From Sphaerochaetaceae bacterium (GTDB lineage Bacteria > Spirochaetota > Spirochaetia > Sphaerochaetales > Sphaerochaetaceae), in contig JBGUMQ010000035.1 in assembly GCA_045116915.1 (NCBI GenBank), positions 2,242 through 66,241 of the forward strand: 64,000 nucleotides of DNA, given 5' to 3'. The translations under genes and the position numbers were made by a program. A model generated the notes under the pieces. It saw only the letters and a list, made by a program, of their open reading frames with translations. It made no database searches and was not told the origin of the DNA. Below, piece after piece: positions 1-8,849 of this stretch. Position 1 is the first letter of the stretch. Every line of letters begins with the position of its first letter.

Positions 1-894
1 CTCTCGGAGGGTGAGCAGTCCGTCGTGACCAGATTCGGAGCCATCGTCAAGGTCGAGACCTCTCCCGGCCTGAAATTCAAGATGCCTTTCGTGGATACCG
101 TAGTCAGGTATTCCTCCAGGATACTGTCCTGGGACGGAGACGCGCAGCGCATCCCGACCAAGGAGAACCAGTTCATCTACGTGGATCCTACAAGCCGCTG
201 GGTCATCAGCGACCCCAAACGCTTCTACGAGACGGTCAAGACCGTGGACAACGCGCAGCTGAGGCTGGACGACATCCTTGATTCGACCGTCAGGACCGTC
301 ATCTCCGAGAACTACCTCAACGAGGCTGTTCGCAACAGCAACAGGATCAACCAGATGACCGTCGTGGAGGAGGTCTCCAGCATAGACGACCTCGAGGCCG
401 CCGAAAGGCTCAGATCCCTCACGGTCTCCAACAGCACCCAGGAATCCATCAAGGTCGGAAGGCAGGGGCTGTCGGACAGGATGCTCGAGCTCGCCGGTTC
501 GTACACCAAGGAGTACGGAATCACGCTGATCGATGTGGTGATCCGCCAGATCAAGTACTCCGACGACCTCACCGAGAGCGTCTACCAGAGGATGATCAAG
601 GAAAGGAACCAGATCGCAGAGGCCTACAGGTCGTACGGACGCGGTCAGCTGGCGCAGTGGGAAGGAAAGACCACCAGCGAGCAGAAGGCGATCCTCTCCG
701 GCGCCTATGCACAGGCCGAGGAGATCAAGGGTGTCGCCGATGCGGAGGCCACCAGGATATATGCCGAGGCCTACGAGCTCGATCCGGATTTCTTCGAGCT
801 CTGGAGGACGCTCGATTCCTACAGGCAGACCATGCCCGACATGGAGAAGGTCCTGTCCACGGACATCACGTATTTCGACCTTCTTTACAAGTAG
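1..894 (+). CDS. hflC: SPFH/band-7 protease modulator, HflC-like; 5' end cut by the window edge
   Basis: Frame 1 is open from base 1 (..SEGEQSVVTRFGAIVKVETSPGLKFKMPFVDTV..), so the GTG at 25 in the ORF track is internal. The band-7 core is typical and the stop is at 892-894. Confidence 0.7.
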   Translation, partial: LSEGEQSVVTRFGAIVKVETSPGLKFKMPFVDTVVRYSSRILSWDGDAQRIPTKENQFIYVDPTSRWVISDPKRFYETVKTVDNAQLRLDDILDSTVRTVISENYLNEAVRNSNRINQMTVVEEVSSIDDLEAAERLRSLTVSNSTQESIKVGRQGLSDRMLELAGSYTKEYGITLIDVVIRQIKYSDDLTESVYQRMIKERNQIAEAYRSYGRGQLAQWEGKTTSEQKAILSGAYAQAEEIKGVADAEATRIYAEAYELDPDFFELWRTLDSYRQTMPDMEKVLSTDITYFDLLYK

Positions 895-927
895 GATGAG
901 GATATCTGCCATACAGGCATGAAGGAC

Positions 928-961
928 AGCGGGCCGTTGAAACAGACGGCCCGCTTTATTA
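928..961 (+). terminator. Rho-independent terminator after hflC
   Basis: A perfect 10-bp stem pairs agcgggccgt (928-937) with acggcccgct (946-955). The loop is 8 nt and is followed by ttatta. Confidence 0.6.
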
Positions 962-974
962 TACTGTGTGCGCT

Positions 975-3245
975 ATGAAGAAAAGACTTATTACATGTGC
1001 ATTGCCATACGTCAACAACATCCCGCATCTGGGCAACCTGACACAGGTCCTTTCCGCGGATGTCTTCGCACGTTTCTGCCGTCTCAGAGGATATGAGACC
1101 ATGTACATCTGCGGAACGGACGAGTACGGGACAGCCACAGAGACAAGGGCCGCCAAGGAAGGCGTGTCGCCCCGTGAACTCTGTGACCATTACCACGCAA
1201 TCCACCGTGACATATACAGATGGTTCAACATCGACTTCGATTATTTCGGACGCACGTCGACCCCGAAGCAGACGGAGATCGTCCAGGACATCTTCAAGAG
1301 ATGCGACGCCAACGGCTACATCACGGAGAAGGAGACCGAACAGCTCTACTGTCCCAAATGCGACAGGTTCCTTGCCGACCGCTTCGTCGAGGGGACATGC
1401 CCGCATTGCGGAAGCACCGACGCCAGGGGCGACCAGTGCGACAGCTGCCAGACGCTCCTGGACCCGACCGAGCTGATCAACCCCCGCTGCATGGTCTGCG
1501 GCACGACCCCGGTCATCAGGAAGACAAGGCACCTCTACCTGGACCTGCCAAAGATCCTTCCCATCCTGGAGAAGTGGATAGACGACAGGTCCGAGACCGG
1601 TTTCTGGGCCAGGAACGCCGTCCAGGTCACAAAGAGCTGGCTCCGTGACGGACTTCAGGAAAGATGCATCACACGCGACCTCAAGTGGGGAATCCCCGTA
1701 CCCAAACCGGGCTATGAGAACAAGGTCTTCTACGTATGGTTCGATGCTCCCATAGGCTATGTCTCCATCACCGCCAACCACACGGACGACTGGAAGAGAT
1801 GGTGGCTGGAGCCGGAGACCACGGACCTGTTCCAGTTCATAGGAAAGGACAACATCCCGTTCCATACCGTCGTATTCCCGGCCACACAGCTGGCCACCGG
1901 TCAGGATTGGACCATGCTGCACCACATGAGCTCGACCGAGTACCTGAACTACGAGGGCGGCAAGTTCTCCAAGAGCCGGGGAATCGGTGTTTTCGGAAAC
2001 GACGTCCAGCAGACCGGGATCCCGGCCGATGTCTGGCGTTTCTACATGTACTACAACCGTCCCGAGAACTCCGACTTCACGTTCACGTGGAAGGACATGC
2101 AGGACAAAGTCAACAAGGAACTGATCGGAAACCTTTCCAATCTGGTCAACAGGACACTGACATTCGTGAAGCGTTTCTATGACGGAAACCTCGGCCAGGG
2201 TTCCGTGGACGATGAGCTTGTCTCCGTCATCAGGGACAAGGAGGAGAAGATAACCGCCATGCTCGAGAGGGCAGAGGAGAGGGATGCCTTCAGGGGCATG
2301 TTCGAGCTTTCGGACATCGGCAACAGGACATTCCAGAACTCCGAGCCGTGGAAGCTCAGAAACAGCGACCCGGAGAAGGCGAAGACGGTACTCAGGACGC
2401 TTGTCGGCCTGATCAGGGACCTGGGCATCATGATCCAGCCCTACATGCCGTCCGCTTCGGAAAGCATCCTGGGATTCCTGGGACAGAAGGATGTCACATG
2501 GAACATGCTGGGCAATTATTCGGACAACATCACGGTGGGGGAGGTGAGCCTCCTGTTCACAAAGCTGGAGGACAGCCTGATCGACGTTCTCAGGACACGA
2601 TACAGCGGCTCACAGGCCGAACGCGAGGAGAGGAAGATGGAAGACAACAGGAATACCAACGACAAGGCCGCCGAGAAGGCCGCAAAGAAGGAAGCCGCAA
2701 GGGCAGCGCTGCTTGCAGCACAGGAAGCCGAGGCCAACAAGTCTGTCGCACAGAAGTTCGCCGACAAGGTGAAGCTCACGGTCAGCAGGATCACCAAGGT
2801 GGAGCACCATCCCAACGGGGACATCCTCTACATCCTGAACCTGGATACTGGAGAGGCCGAGCCCAGGACAATCGTCTCGTCGATCGTCCCTTACTACAAG
2901 GAAGATGAGCTTCTTGGTCACAACATCGTTCTGGTCAACAACCTCAAGCCGGCCAACTTCCGCGGCGTGAAGAGCAACGGAATGCTCCTTGCCGTCCAGG
3001 ATCCCCAGGCTCCCGAGCACAGCACGTGCGAGGTCATCTTCGCAGACGACATCCCCGCCGGGACGAATCTTGTCCCCGAAGGTCTTTCGAATCCCGCCGA
3101 GATGACATACGTCAAGCCGGACCACTTCTTCGACCTGCCGCTCTACACGGAGGGAGGAGTTCTCATGGTCGACGGGCACAAGCTTGTCTCCGCCGAGGGA
3201 AAGACTGTCAGCTCAAAGAAATATCTCAACGGTCCTGTAGGTTGA
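975..3245 (+). CDS. metG: Methionyl-tRNA synthetase with C-terminal EMAP/Trbp111-like tRNA-binding domain
   Basis: MKKRLITCALPYVNNIPHLGN (HIGH-type motif), a CPxC..CPHC zinc knuckle, KFSKSRG (KMSKS) and a C-terminal tRNA-binding domain (KLTVSRITKVEHHPNGDILYILNLD). The ATG at 975 is preferred over the GTG at 966. Confidence 0.95.
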   Translation: MKKRLITCALPYVNNIPHLGNLTQVLSADVFARFCRLRGYETMYICGTDEYGTATETRAAKEGVSPRELCDHYHAIHRDIYRWFNIDFDYFGRTSTPKQTEIVQDIFKRCDANGYITEKETEQLYCPKCDRFLADRFVEGTCPHCGSTDARGDQCDSCQTLLDPTELINPRCMVCGTTPVIRKTRHLYLDLPKILPILEKWIDDRSETGFWARNAVQVTKSWLRDGLQERCITRDLKWGIPVPKPGYENKVFYVWFDAPIGYVSITANHTDDWKRWWLEPETTDLFQFIGKDNIPFHTVVFPATQLATGQDWTMLHHMSSTEYLNYEGGKFSKSRGIGVFGNDVQQTGIPADVWRFYMYYNRPENSDFTFTWKDMQDKVNKELIGNLSNLVNRTLTFVKRFYDGNLGQGSVDDELVSVIRDKEEKITAMLERAEERDAFRGMFELSDIGNRTFQNSEPWKLRNSDPEKAKTVLRTLVGLIRDLGIMIQPYMPSASESILGFLGQKDVTWNMLGNYSDNITVGEVSLLFTKLEDSLIDVLRTRYSGSQAEREERKMEDNRNTNDKAAEKAAKKEAARAALLAAQEAEANKSVAQKFADKVKLTVSRITKVEHHPNGDILYILNLDTGEAEPRTIVSSIVPYYKEDELLGHNIVLVNNLKPANFRGVKSNGMLLAVQDPQAPEHSTCEVIFADDIPAGTNLVPEGLSNPAEMTYVKPDHFFDLPLYTEGGVLMVDGHKLVSAEGKTVSSKKYLNGPVG

Positions 3246-4515
3246 GGACCGCTTTTCGGAAAGCTTCGCCGCGGAGGAATTCGCCCGGGAAGAACTCGTA
3301 GGCGCCGGATCCCGGCGAAAGCAGGACCACCTGGAGCAGCTGGGCTTCAGGAGTCAGGAAGGAGGAGGCGGAATACACCGCTTCCTCCATTTTCTCATAC
3401 GGACCGCAGAACTTTATCCTGTGCCTCCTGAGAAGGGGGATGAGCTTCTTCTCCGTGAACGAACCGCAAAGCAGATGGACCGATGCCGCACCCTTCAGGG
3501 AGCCCAGCATGATCTTCGCATCCAGGCTGTCGTCGGAGCCGCCGCAGATCAGATGCACGGGCAGGTTCTCGAAATTCTCCATGGTGAAGTTCGTGGCCGC
3601 AGGAATCACCGAAGCGCTGTCGTTGACGTACATGGCGTTGTCCCTGCGCAGGACAAGCTCGTTCCTTCCGGGGATCCCCCTGAAGCTCTTGAGTGCCATG
3701 TTCGCCTGGGAGGAGCTGAATCCGAGCTTTCTCAATACCGCGTATGATGCCCTCATCCTGTCGGGCAGGCCCTTGGCCATGCCTTTGGATGCGCTTTCGA
3801 TGCTGGCTATGTTCTTCGCGTTCTTCTGGGCAAGTTTCCCGATGGCGTCCTTTACCCTGGACGGACAGATTATGTGGTTCGCATGGACGTTGAACTCGCC
3901 TGTGCCTTCCGATGGCTGTGATCCGTCCTGAGCTGTGCTGTCGAAAGTGGATGTGATGACCGAGACCTCGACGTGGGGGACGTTCCTGCCCAGAAGGTTG
4001 TACGTGTCCCTGGCAAGCCATGACGACATCTCCACCACAAGATACTCCGGGATGTGGCCTTTCTCCCATTGTCTGAGCTCGGAAAAGGCCGTAAGACCCA
4101 TGTTCCCGCACATGTGGGTCCTGTGTCCCAATGCGTTCAGGGCGTGGCAGAGTGCGCTGGTGGTGACCGTCTTGTCCCGGAATCCCGTGACGCAGATCAG
4201 CTTTATGAGTTTTGGTTCGGGGCGGCATGCCGCGTAGGAGAGGTCGTTCTCGATGCGTCTGGCAAGTGCCAGCATTTCATGGTCCAGCCTGACGGTGGGG
4301 TGCTTGATCACCAGGTCCGCGTTCCTGAAGTCATCCTCCAGAAGCTCCCCGCAATGGATCACGGCTCCCTTGCTCTCAAGGAAGTCCAGCGATCCGCCCA
4401 ATGAGTCCCTGCTTCTTGTGTCTGTCACGGTCACGTTGTAGCCGCGGTTCAGGAAGTACATCGATGTCTCGAAACCTCCCCCGTGGAGCACGTAGCCGAA
4501 GATGAGCACGTTCAT
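3226..4515 (-). CDS. Mur ligase family protein, MurD-like (UDP-MurNAc-L-Ala:D-Glu ligase) but divergent at conserved motifs
   Basis: The C-terminus LLSPGSGAYEFFPGEFLRGEAFRKAV matches the MurD tail. The central NDSA.. and GIPGRNE segments align to MurD motifs. The start at 4515 (MNVLIFG) is preceded by GGGAGAGGTG. The 3' end overlaps metG by 20 nt. Confidence 0.65.
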   Translation of the reverse strand: MNVLIFGYVLHGGGFETSMYFLNRGYNVTVTDTRSRDSLGGSLDFLESKGAVIHCGELLEDDFRNADLVIKHPTVRLDHEMLALARRIENDLSYAACRPEPKLIKLICVTGFRDKTVTTSALCHALNALGHRTHMCGNMGLTAFSELRQWEKGHIPEYLVVEMSSWLARDTYNLLGRNVPHVEVSVITSTFDSTAQDGSQPSEGTGEFNVHANHIICPSRVKDAIGKLAQKNAKNIASIESASKGMAKGLPDRMRASYAVLRKLGFSSSQANMALKSFRGIPGRNELVLRRDNAMYVNDSASVIPAATNFTMENFENLPVHLICGGSDDSLDAKIMLGSLKGAASVHLLCGSFTEKKLIPLLRRHRIKFCGPYEKMEEAVYSASSFLTPEAQLLQVVLLSPGSGAYEFFPGEFLRGEAFRKAVLNLQDR

Positions 4516-4705
4516 CGTCACCTCTCCCACATGTATAACAAATCAGTTTGCTGAAAATTACAAAACAAACGCTCGTTCGCGGCGCACTGGACTGTTTTCC
4601 CGCTTTGGGATATAGTTCCTGCGGAAACAGGAAGTTGCCAAGTAAAGTGCGGTGTAGAACAGAAGGGCCGTGCTTCTTCAACCCTGATCCGGGTTCAAAA
4701 GGAAA

Positions 4706-6025
4706 ATGTCGACAGAATTGCTTTCTCTGGCCATTGCCATGTTCGCCGGTCTGATGATGACCCGTCTTTTCAAAGCCACGCACCTGAACTTCCCCGATGT
4801 GACGGCGTTCCTGATCGCAGGAGTGCTGATCGGCCCGTACTGCCTCGGAAGGCTGGGGATCCCGGGACTGGGGTTCAACACCTACGACGATGTCGAGAGC
4901 GTGGAGATCATCTCCACCGTGGCCCTCGGGTTCATAGCGTTCTCCATCGGAAACGAGTTCAAGCTCTCCCAGCTCAAGGGAACGGGCAGACAGGCTGCGG
5001 TCGTCGGAGTCATGCAGGCCGTCACGGCGATGGTCTGTGTAGACATCGTCCTTGTGATTGTGACGCTGTTCACCGACCATGAGACCTTCAATCTGTCCGG
5101 AGCTCTCACTCTCGGAGCAATCGCGACAGCCACCGCCCCCGCCGCCACGCTCATGGTTGTCAAGCAGTACAAGGCGCACGGAAAGGTCACCGACCTCCTG
5201 CTTCCTGTCGTCGCCCTGGACGATGCCGTGGGACTTGTCTCGTTCGCAGTCTCCTTCGGAGTGGCGGAGGCCCTTCTCTCAAGCTCCCTGAACGTGGTGG
5301 CGATCATAGTCGACCCGCTTCTGGAGATCGTGCTGTCGCTGGGTCTCGGCGCACTGCTGGGCATGATCCTGACCAAGGTGGAGGAGCTGTTCTTCTCCAA
5401 CAGCAACAGACTCGCGCTTTCAATAGCGTTCGTGCTGATGACCATAGCGCTTTCCCAGATCTCGTTCGAGATCGGACCGGTGACGATATCGTTCTCGTCG
5501 CTTCTGGTGTGCATGATGCTGGGCGCGGTGTTCTGCAACCTCTGTCCCAGGTCGGGAGACATAATGTACAGGGCCGACAAGTGGACGGTCCCTCTCTTCT
5601 GCCTGTTCTTCGTCATAAGCGGCGCGGACCTGGACCTCTCCGTTTTCGGAAAGCCGATCGTCATACTCATCGGTCTTCTGTACATAATCGCCCGTTCGCT
5701 CGGAAAGTACTACGGTGCGCGTGAGAGCTGCAGGGCCGTGCACTGCGCGCCGGAGGTCTCCAAATACCTCGGATTCGCACTTCTCCCGCAGGCCGGTGTC
5801 GCATTGGGGATGTCCGTCCAGGCTCAGGCTCTGGGAACCTACGAGGGAAGGCTGATCAGGAACATAGTGCTCTTCGGAGTGCTGATATATGAACTTTTTG
5901 GCCCCATGATCACGAAATGGGCACTCACGAAGAGCGGCGATATCGCCCAGAAGCCGGAGTCCAAGGAGACCCACGAGAGGTTCGATACCCCCAAGGACCA
6001 CAGAAGGCATTCCGCCCAGAACTGA
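4706..6025 (+). CDS. Cation:proton antiporter (CPA/Kef-type Na+/H+ exchanger family), polytopic membrane protein
   Basis: 439 aa and strongly hydrophobic throughout. The N-terminus LLSLAIAMFAGLMMTRLFKATHLNFPDVTAFLIAGVLIGP is typical of the Na_H_Exchanger family. Confidence 0.7.
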   Translation: MSTELLSLAIAMFAGLMMTRLFKATHLNFPDVTAFLIAGVLIGPYCLGRLGIPGLGFNTYDDVESVEIISTVALGFIAFSIGNEFKLSQLKGTGRQAAVVGVMQAVTAMVCVDIVLVIVTLFTDHETFNLSGALTLGAIATATAPAATLMVVKQYKAHGKVTDLLLPVVALDDAVGLVSFAVSFGVAEALLSSSLNVVAIIVDPLLEIVLSLGLGALLGMILTKVEELFFSNSNRLALSIAFVLMTIALSQISFEIGPVTISFSSLLVCMMLGAVFCNLCPRSGDIMYRADKWTVPLFCLFFVISGADLDLSVFGKPIVILIGLLYIIARSLGKYYGARESCRAVHCAPEVSKYLGFALLPQAGVALGMSVQAQALGTYEGRLIRNIVLFGVLIYELFGPMITKWALTKSGDIAQKPESKETHERFDTPKDHRRHSAQN

Positions 6026-6105
6026 CAGACCCGTACCCTGCATCTGTTCAAAGAAACGCCTTATTGATTATACTTGCGCAAGGATATCCATCCCGGAGGT
6101 AAATC

Positions 6106-7137
6106 ATGATCGTCATACCCGCAGGATACAGGCCGCTTCTGGACCAGCAGATGACCGAGCGCGCCATCAAGTTCGTCAAGGACACATTCGAGCGTGAGCT
6201 CTCGGGTGAGCTCAGGCTTTCCCGCGTCACATCCACACTGTTCGTCAGGGCCAACAGCGGCATCAACGACGACCTCAACGGCGTCGAGCGCCCTGTGAGG
6301 TTCAATGTCGGCAACATGGACGACACTCCGATGGAAATCGTGCAGAGCCTTGCCAAATGGAAGAGGATGGCGCTTGCCGACCACGGCTACAGGCCCGGCA
6401 CTGGACTGTACACCGACATGAACGCCATCCGTCCGGACGACGACATCGACAACATCCACTCCATCTACGTGGACCAGTGGGACTGGGAGCGCGTCATGAA
6501 CGATGGTGAGAGGAACCTGGATTTCCTGAAGGACATCGTCAGGAGGATCTACGAGGCCATCAAGCGCACGCAGTTCCTCGTCTCCGAGCACTATCCCGTC
6601 TGCGCCCAGGACCTGCCGGATGAGATCACCTTCATCCATTCCGAGGAAGCCCGCGCCATGTACCCGGACCTTGATCCCGCCCAGAGGGAGAAGGAGCTTG
6701 CCAGGAAGTACGGCGCCATCTTCGTCATAGGCATAGGCATGCCTCTTTCCGACGGCGTATCGCACGGCGGAAGGGCCCCCGACTACGACGACTGGTCCAC
6801 GCCCAACAGCGACGGCTACTGCGGTCTGAACGGCGACATCATCGTCTGGGACAGCGTCAGGAACGACTCGCTGGAGCTCTCCAGCATGGGGATAAGGGTT
6901 TCCCCCGAATCGCTTCTCAGACAGCTCGATATCAGGGGCTGCAGGGAGAGGGCGGACCTCTACTGGCACAAGCGCCTGCTTGCCGGCGAGTATCCCCAGA
7001 CGATCGGCGGCGGAATAGGGCAGAGCAGACTCTGCATGTTCCTTCTCAGGAAGGCACACATCGGCGAGGTCCAGGCATCCGTCTGGCCGGATGAGGACAG
7101 GAAAGCCGCTCAGGAAGCGGGAATTGTCCTGATGTGA
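6106..7137 (+). CDS. asnA: Aspartate-ammonia ligase (asparagine synthetase A)
   Basis: 343 aa. MIVIPAGYRPLLDQQMTERAIKFVKDTFERELS.. and the class-II aaRS-like core resemble AsnA. A GGAGG Shine-Dalgarno lies upstream. Confidence 0.88.
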   Translation: MIVIPAGYRPLLDQQMTERAIKFVKDTFERELSGELRLSRVTSTLFVRANSGINDDLNGVERPVRFNVGNMDDTPMEIVQSLAKWKRMALADHGYRPGTGLYTDMNAIRPDDDIDNIHSIYVDQWDWERVMNDGERNLDFLKDIVRRIYEAIKRTQFLVSEHYPVCAQDLPDEITFIHSEEARAMYPDLDPAQREKELARKYGAIFVIGIGMPLSDGVSHGGRAPDYDDWSTPNSDGYCGLNGDIIVWDSVRNDSLELSSMGIRVSPESLLRQLDIRGCRERADLYWHKRLLAGEYPQTIGGGIGQSRLCMFLLRKAHIGEVQASVWPDEDRKAAQEAGIVLM

Positions 7138-7143
7138 GTCCGT

Positions 7144-8841
7144 CTACTCCTGTGTCTGGATACTGAATCCGAAACTGATCTGGAGGTCGTTTCCGGCATT
7201 GCCGTGCCAGGACATGACTCCCGAAAGCCATGCCACATCCGCGAAACAGCTGACAGGAAGCCCGAACAGGGTCATCCTGTACTGCGCTCCGAGCTCGATG
7301 ACATACCATACCGAAACCGGATCGGACAGTGTCTTGAGATGGAGATTCGGTTCCCTGGAGTTGTCGTTGTCGCTGTTGTGGGAGTCCGTCATGGTGAAGC
7401 CGCCCTTGGCGACGACAGTGGCGTTGGCGTTCAGATCCAGACCGTTGAACATCGAGTACCTCGCGTCCGCCGAGACCACGACGGCATCACCTCCGTACTT
7501 GAATCCGAGATACGTGAAGACCGGATACCTGATGTATGGATAGTTGGTGCTGTTGTTCGTCCAGATGATGAAATCCACGTTGTTGCGTCTGTAGAGGGCG
7601 GGCATCGCCCATGCGCACTCGATGCCAAGGACCAGGCTTCCGCTTTCCAGTATCCTGACGTACTCCAGACCGCCCGATAGCGCGATAGCCGGATCCTGCG
7701 TGTCCGCTTCGGTAGGGGCGGTCGCCTGGTCAAGACAGAACTGCAGGTATGCCCTGAAGCCCGGAACCGGGACATACTGGAGTTCCAGATGCGCTATGGC
7801 GTTGAGCAGGATGGAGTTCGTGTTGTTGTGGTATATCGATGCCGGATTCAGGATGTCGACATCCGGGAAATCGAACTTGTACATGATGTTCTCGCTGACT
7901 GCGAACGACAGGTTCCCCAGAAGCCTGACATCAAGCCTGTGGGCGGCGAATACCCTCCTGAACTGTGCGGGGACAAGCTCGCCCTGGCTGTTGGAATAGG
8001 TCTGTGCCGGAACCATCAGCGTGTAGTCGAAGGAGAATCTCCTTCCGAAAACCTTGAACGTCGCGTAGTTGAGCGAGCTCACATGGTCGTCGAAGATGAA
8101 GTTCCCGATATTCGATGTACCCCACTGTTTCCTGCTCCTGTAGATGCCGAACGAGAAGTTGTCCCATGCCAGGGTGAGGAAGGTCTTCCTGGGAACATCG
8201 ATCTCTATCTGTGTGATGGCGGGGAAGTTGAACAGGAATCCCCTGGAATAGACATCGGACCTGGTGATTATCATCAGGTTCCCGTCTTCGACCGGAACGA
8301 TGGCTCCAAGTCCATACCATCCACCGGAATTCTCTATGGCAAGTGCTTCCAGGGACTCCGATTCATCCTTGTTGGTTATCCGTCCCCAGCCATATCCCAG
8401 TTCGCAGTACGTATAGAACGGACCCAGTCCGGCATGCAGGGCGATCGTTGCGAACGGTTTCCTCTCGTTGAACGAATAGGCCCACATCTCATCGGTGGAG
8501 TATTCCTCGTTCGTATGGAGGTAGGCTTCGGGGGACAGCTCCACGTCCACGGACAGGAGCTCGTCCTTCTCTGGTGCGCCTATGATTTCCATTATCATGT
8601 CGTAGAGACGTCTCTGGTTCTCATCCAGCAAGGACGTGTCTATCCGCGACATCTCGTTGCGAGCCTCGGCCGCAGTCCACGGCCTTGATGTGGAAGGCTG
8701 CGTGTATCCGGCGGAGACGAAGAGGGCGTCGGCCATCCCGTAGATCTTGTCCCCGATGGGGAAGACCCTGCCTGCGACGCTGGAGGCGGCAAGCGGGAGG
8801 ATTAGGAGAACCAGGGCGGCTGCGGCAAGAAGACGCTTCAT
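7144..8841 (-). CDS. Wzi-like (capsule assembly family) outer-membrane beta-barrel protein, paralog 2
   Basis: Signal peptide MKRLLAAAALVLLILPLAASS at the internal ATG 8841. The helical N-terminal motif (..PSTSRPWTAAEARNEMSRID..), WGTSNIGNFIFDDH and the barrel-like C-terminus resemble Wzi as I recall it. Confidence 0.55.
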   Translation of the reverse strand: MKRLLAAAALVLLILPLAASSVAGRVFPIGDKIYGMADALFVSAGYTQPSTSRPWTAAEARNEMSRIDTSLLDENQRRLYDMIMEIIGAPEKDELLSVDVELSPEAYLHTNEEYSTDEMWAYSFNERKPFATIALHAGLGPFYTYCELGYGWGRITNKDESESLEALAIENSGGWYGLGAIVPVEDGNLMIITRSDVYSRGFLFNFPAITQIEIDVPRKTFLTLAWDNFSFGIYRSRKQWGTSNIGNFIFDDHVSSLNYATFKVFGRRFSFDYTLMVPAQTYSNSQGELVPAQFRRVFAAHRLDVRLLGNLSFAVSENIMYKFDFPDVDILNPASIYHNNTNSILLNAIAHLELQYVPVPGFRAYLQFCLDQATAPTEADTQDPAIALSGGLEYVRILESGSLVLGIECAWAMPALYRRNNVDFIIWTNNSTNYPYIRYPVFTYLGFKYGGDAVVVSADARYSMFNGLDLNANATVVAKGGFTMTDSHNSDNDNSREPNLHLKTLSDPVSVWYVIELGAQYRMTLFGLPVSCFADVAWLSGVMSWHGNAGNDLQISFGFSIQTQE

Positions 8842-8849
8842 GTCAGGCC

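Noticed and set aside
885-1925. Long antisense or out-of-frame ORFs throughout the track. Examples: 885-1925(-), 6061-7059(-), 9066-10472(+), 11678-12904(+), 15865-16527(-), 16818-17636(-), 22971-23822(+), 32997-34037(+), 35370-36905(+), 44864-45952(-), 49823-51043(-), 59169-60197(-) and 61872-62573(-).
   Set aside because: Each overlaps a gene on the other strand or in another frame that has strong family motifs. Their translations are low-complexity (Arg/Gly/Pro/Asp-rich) and lack start-site signals.
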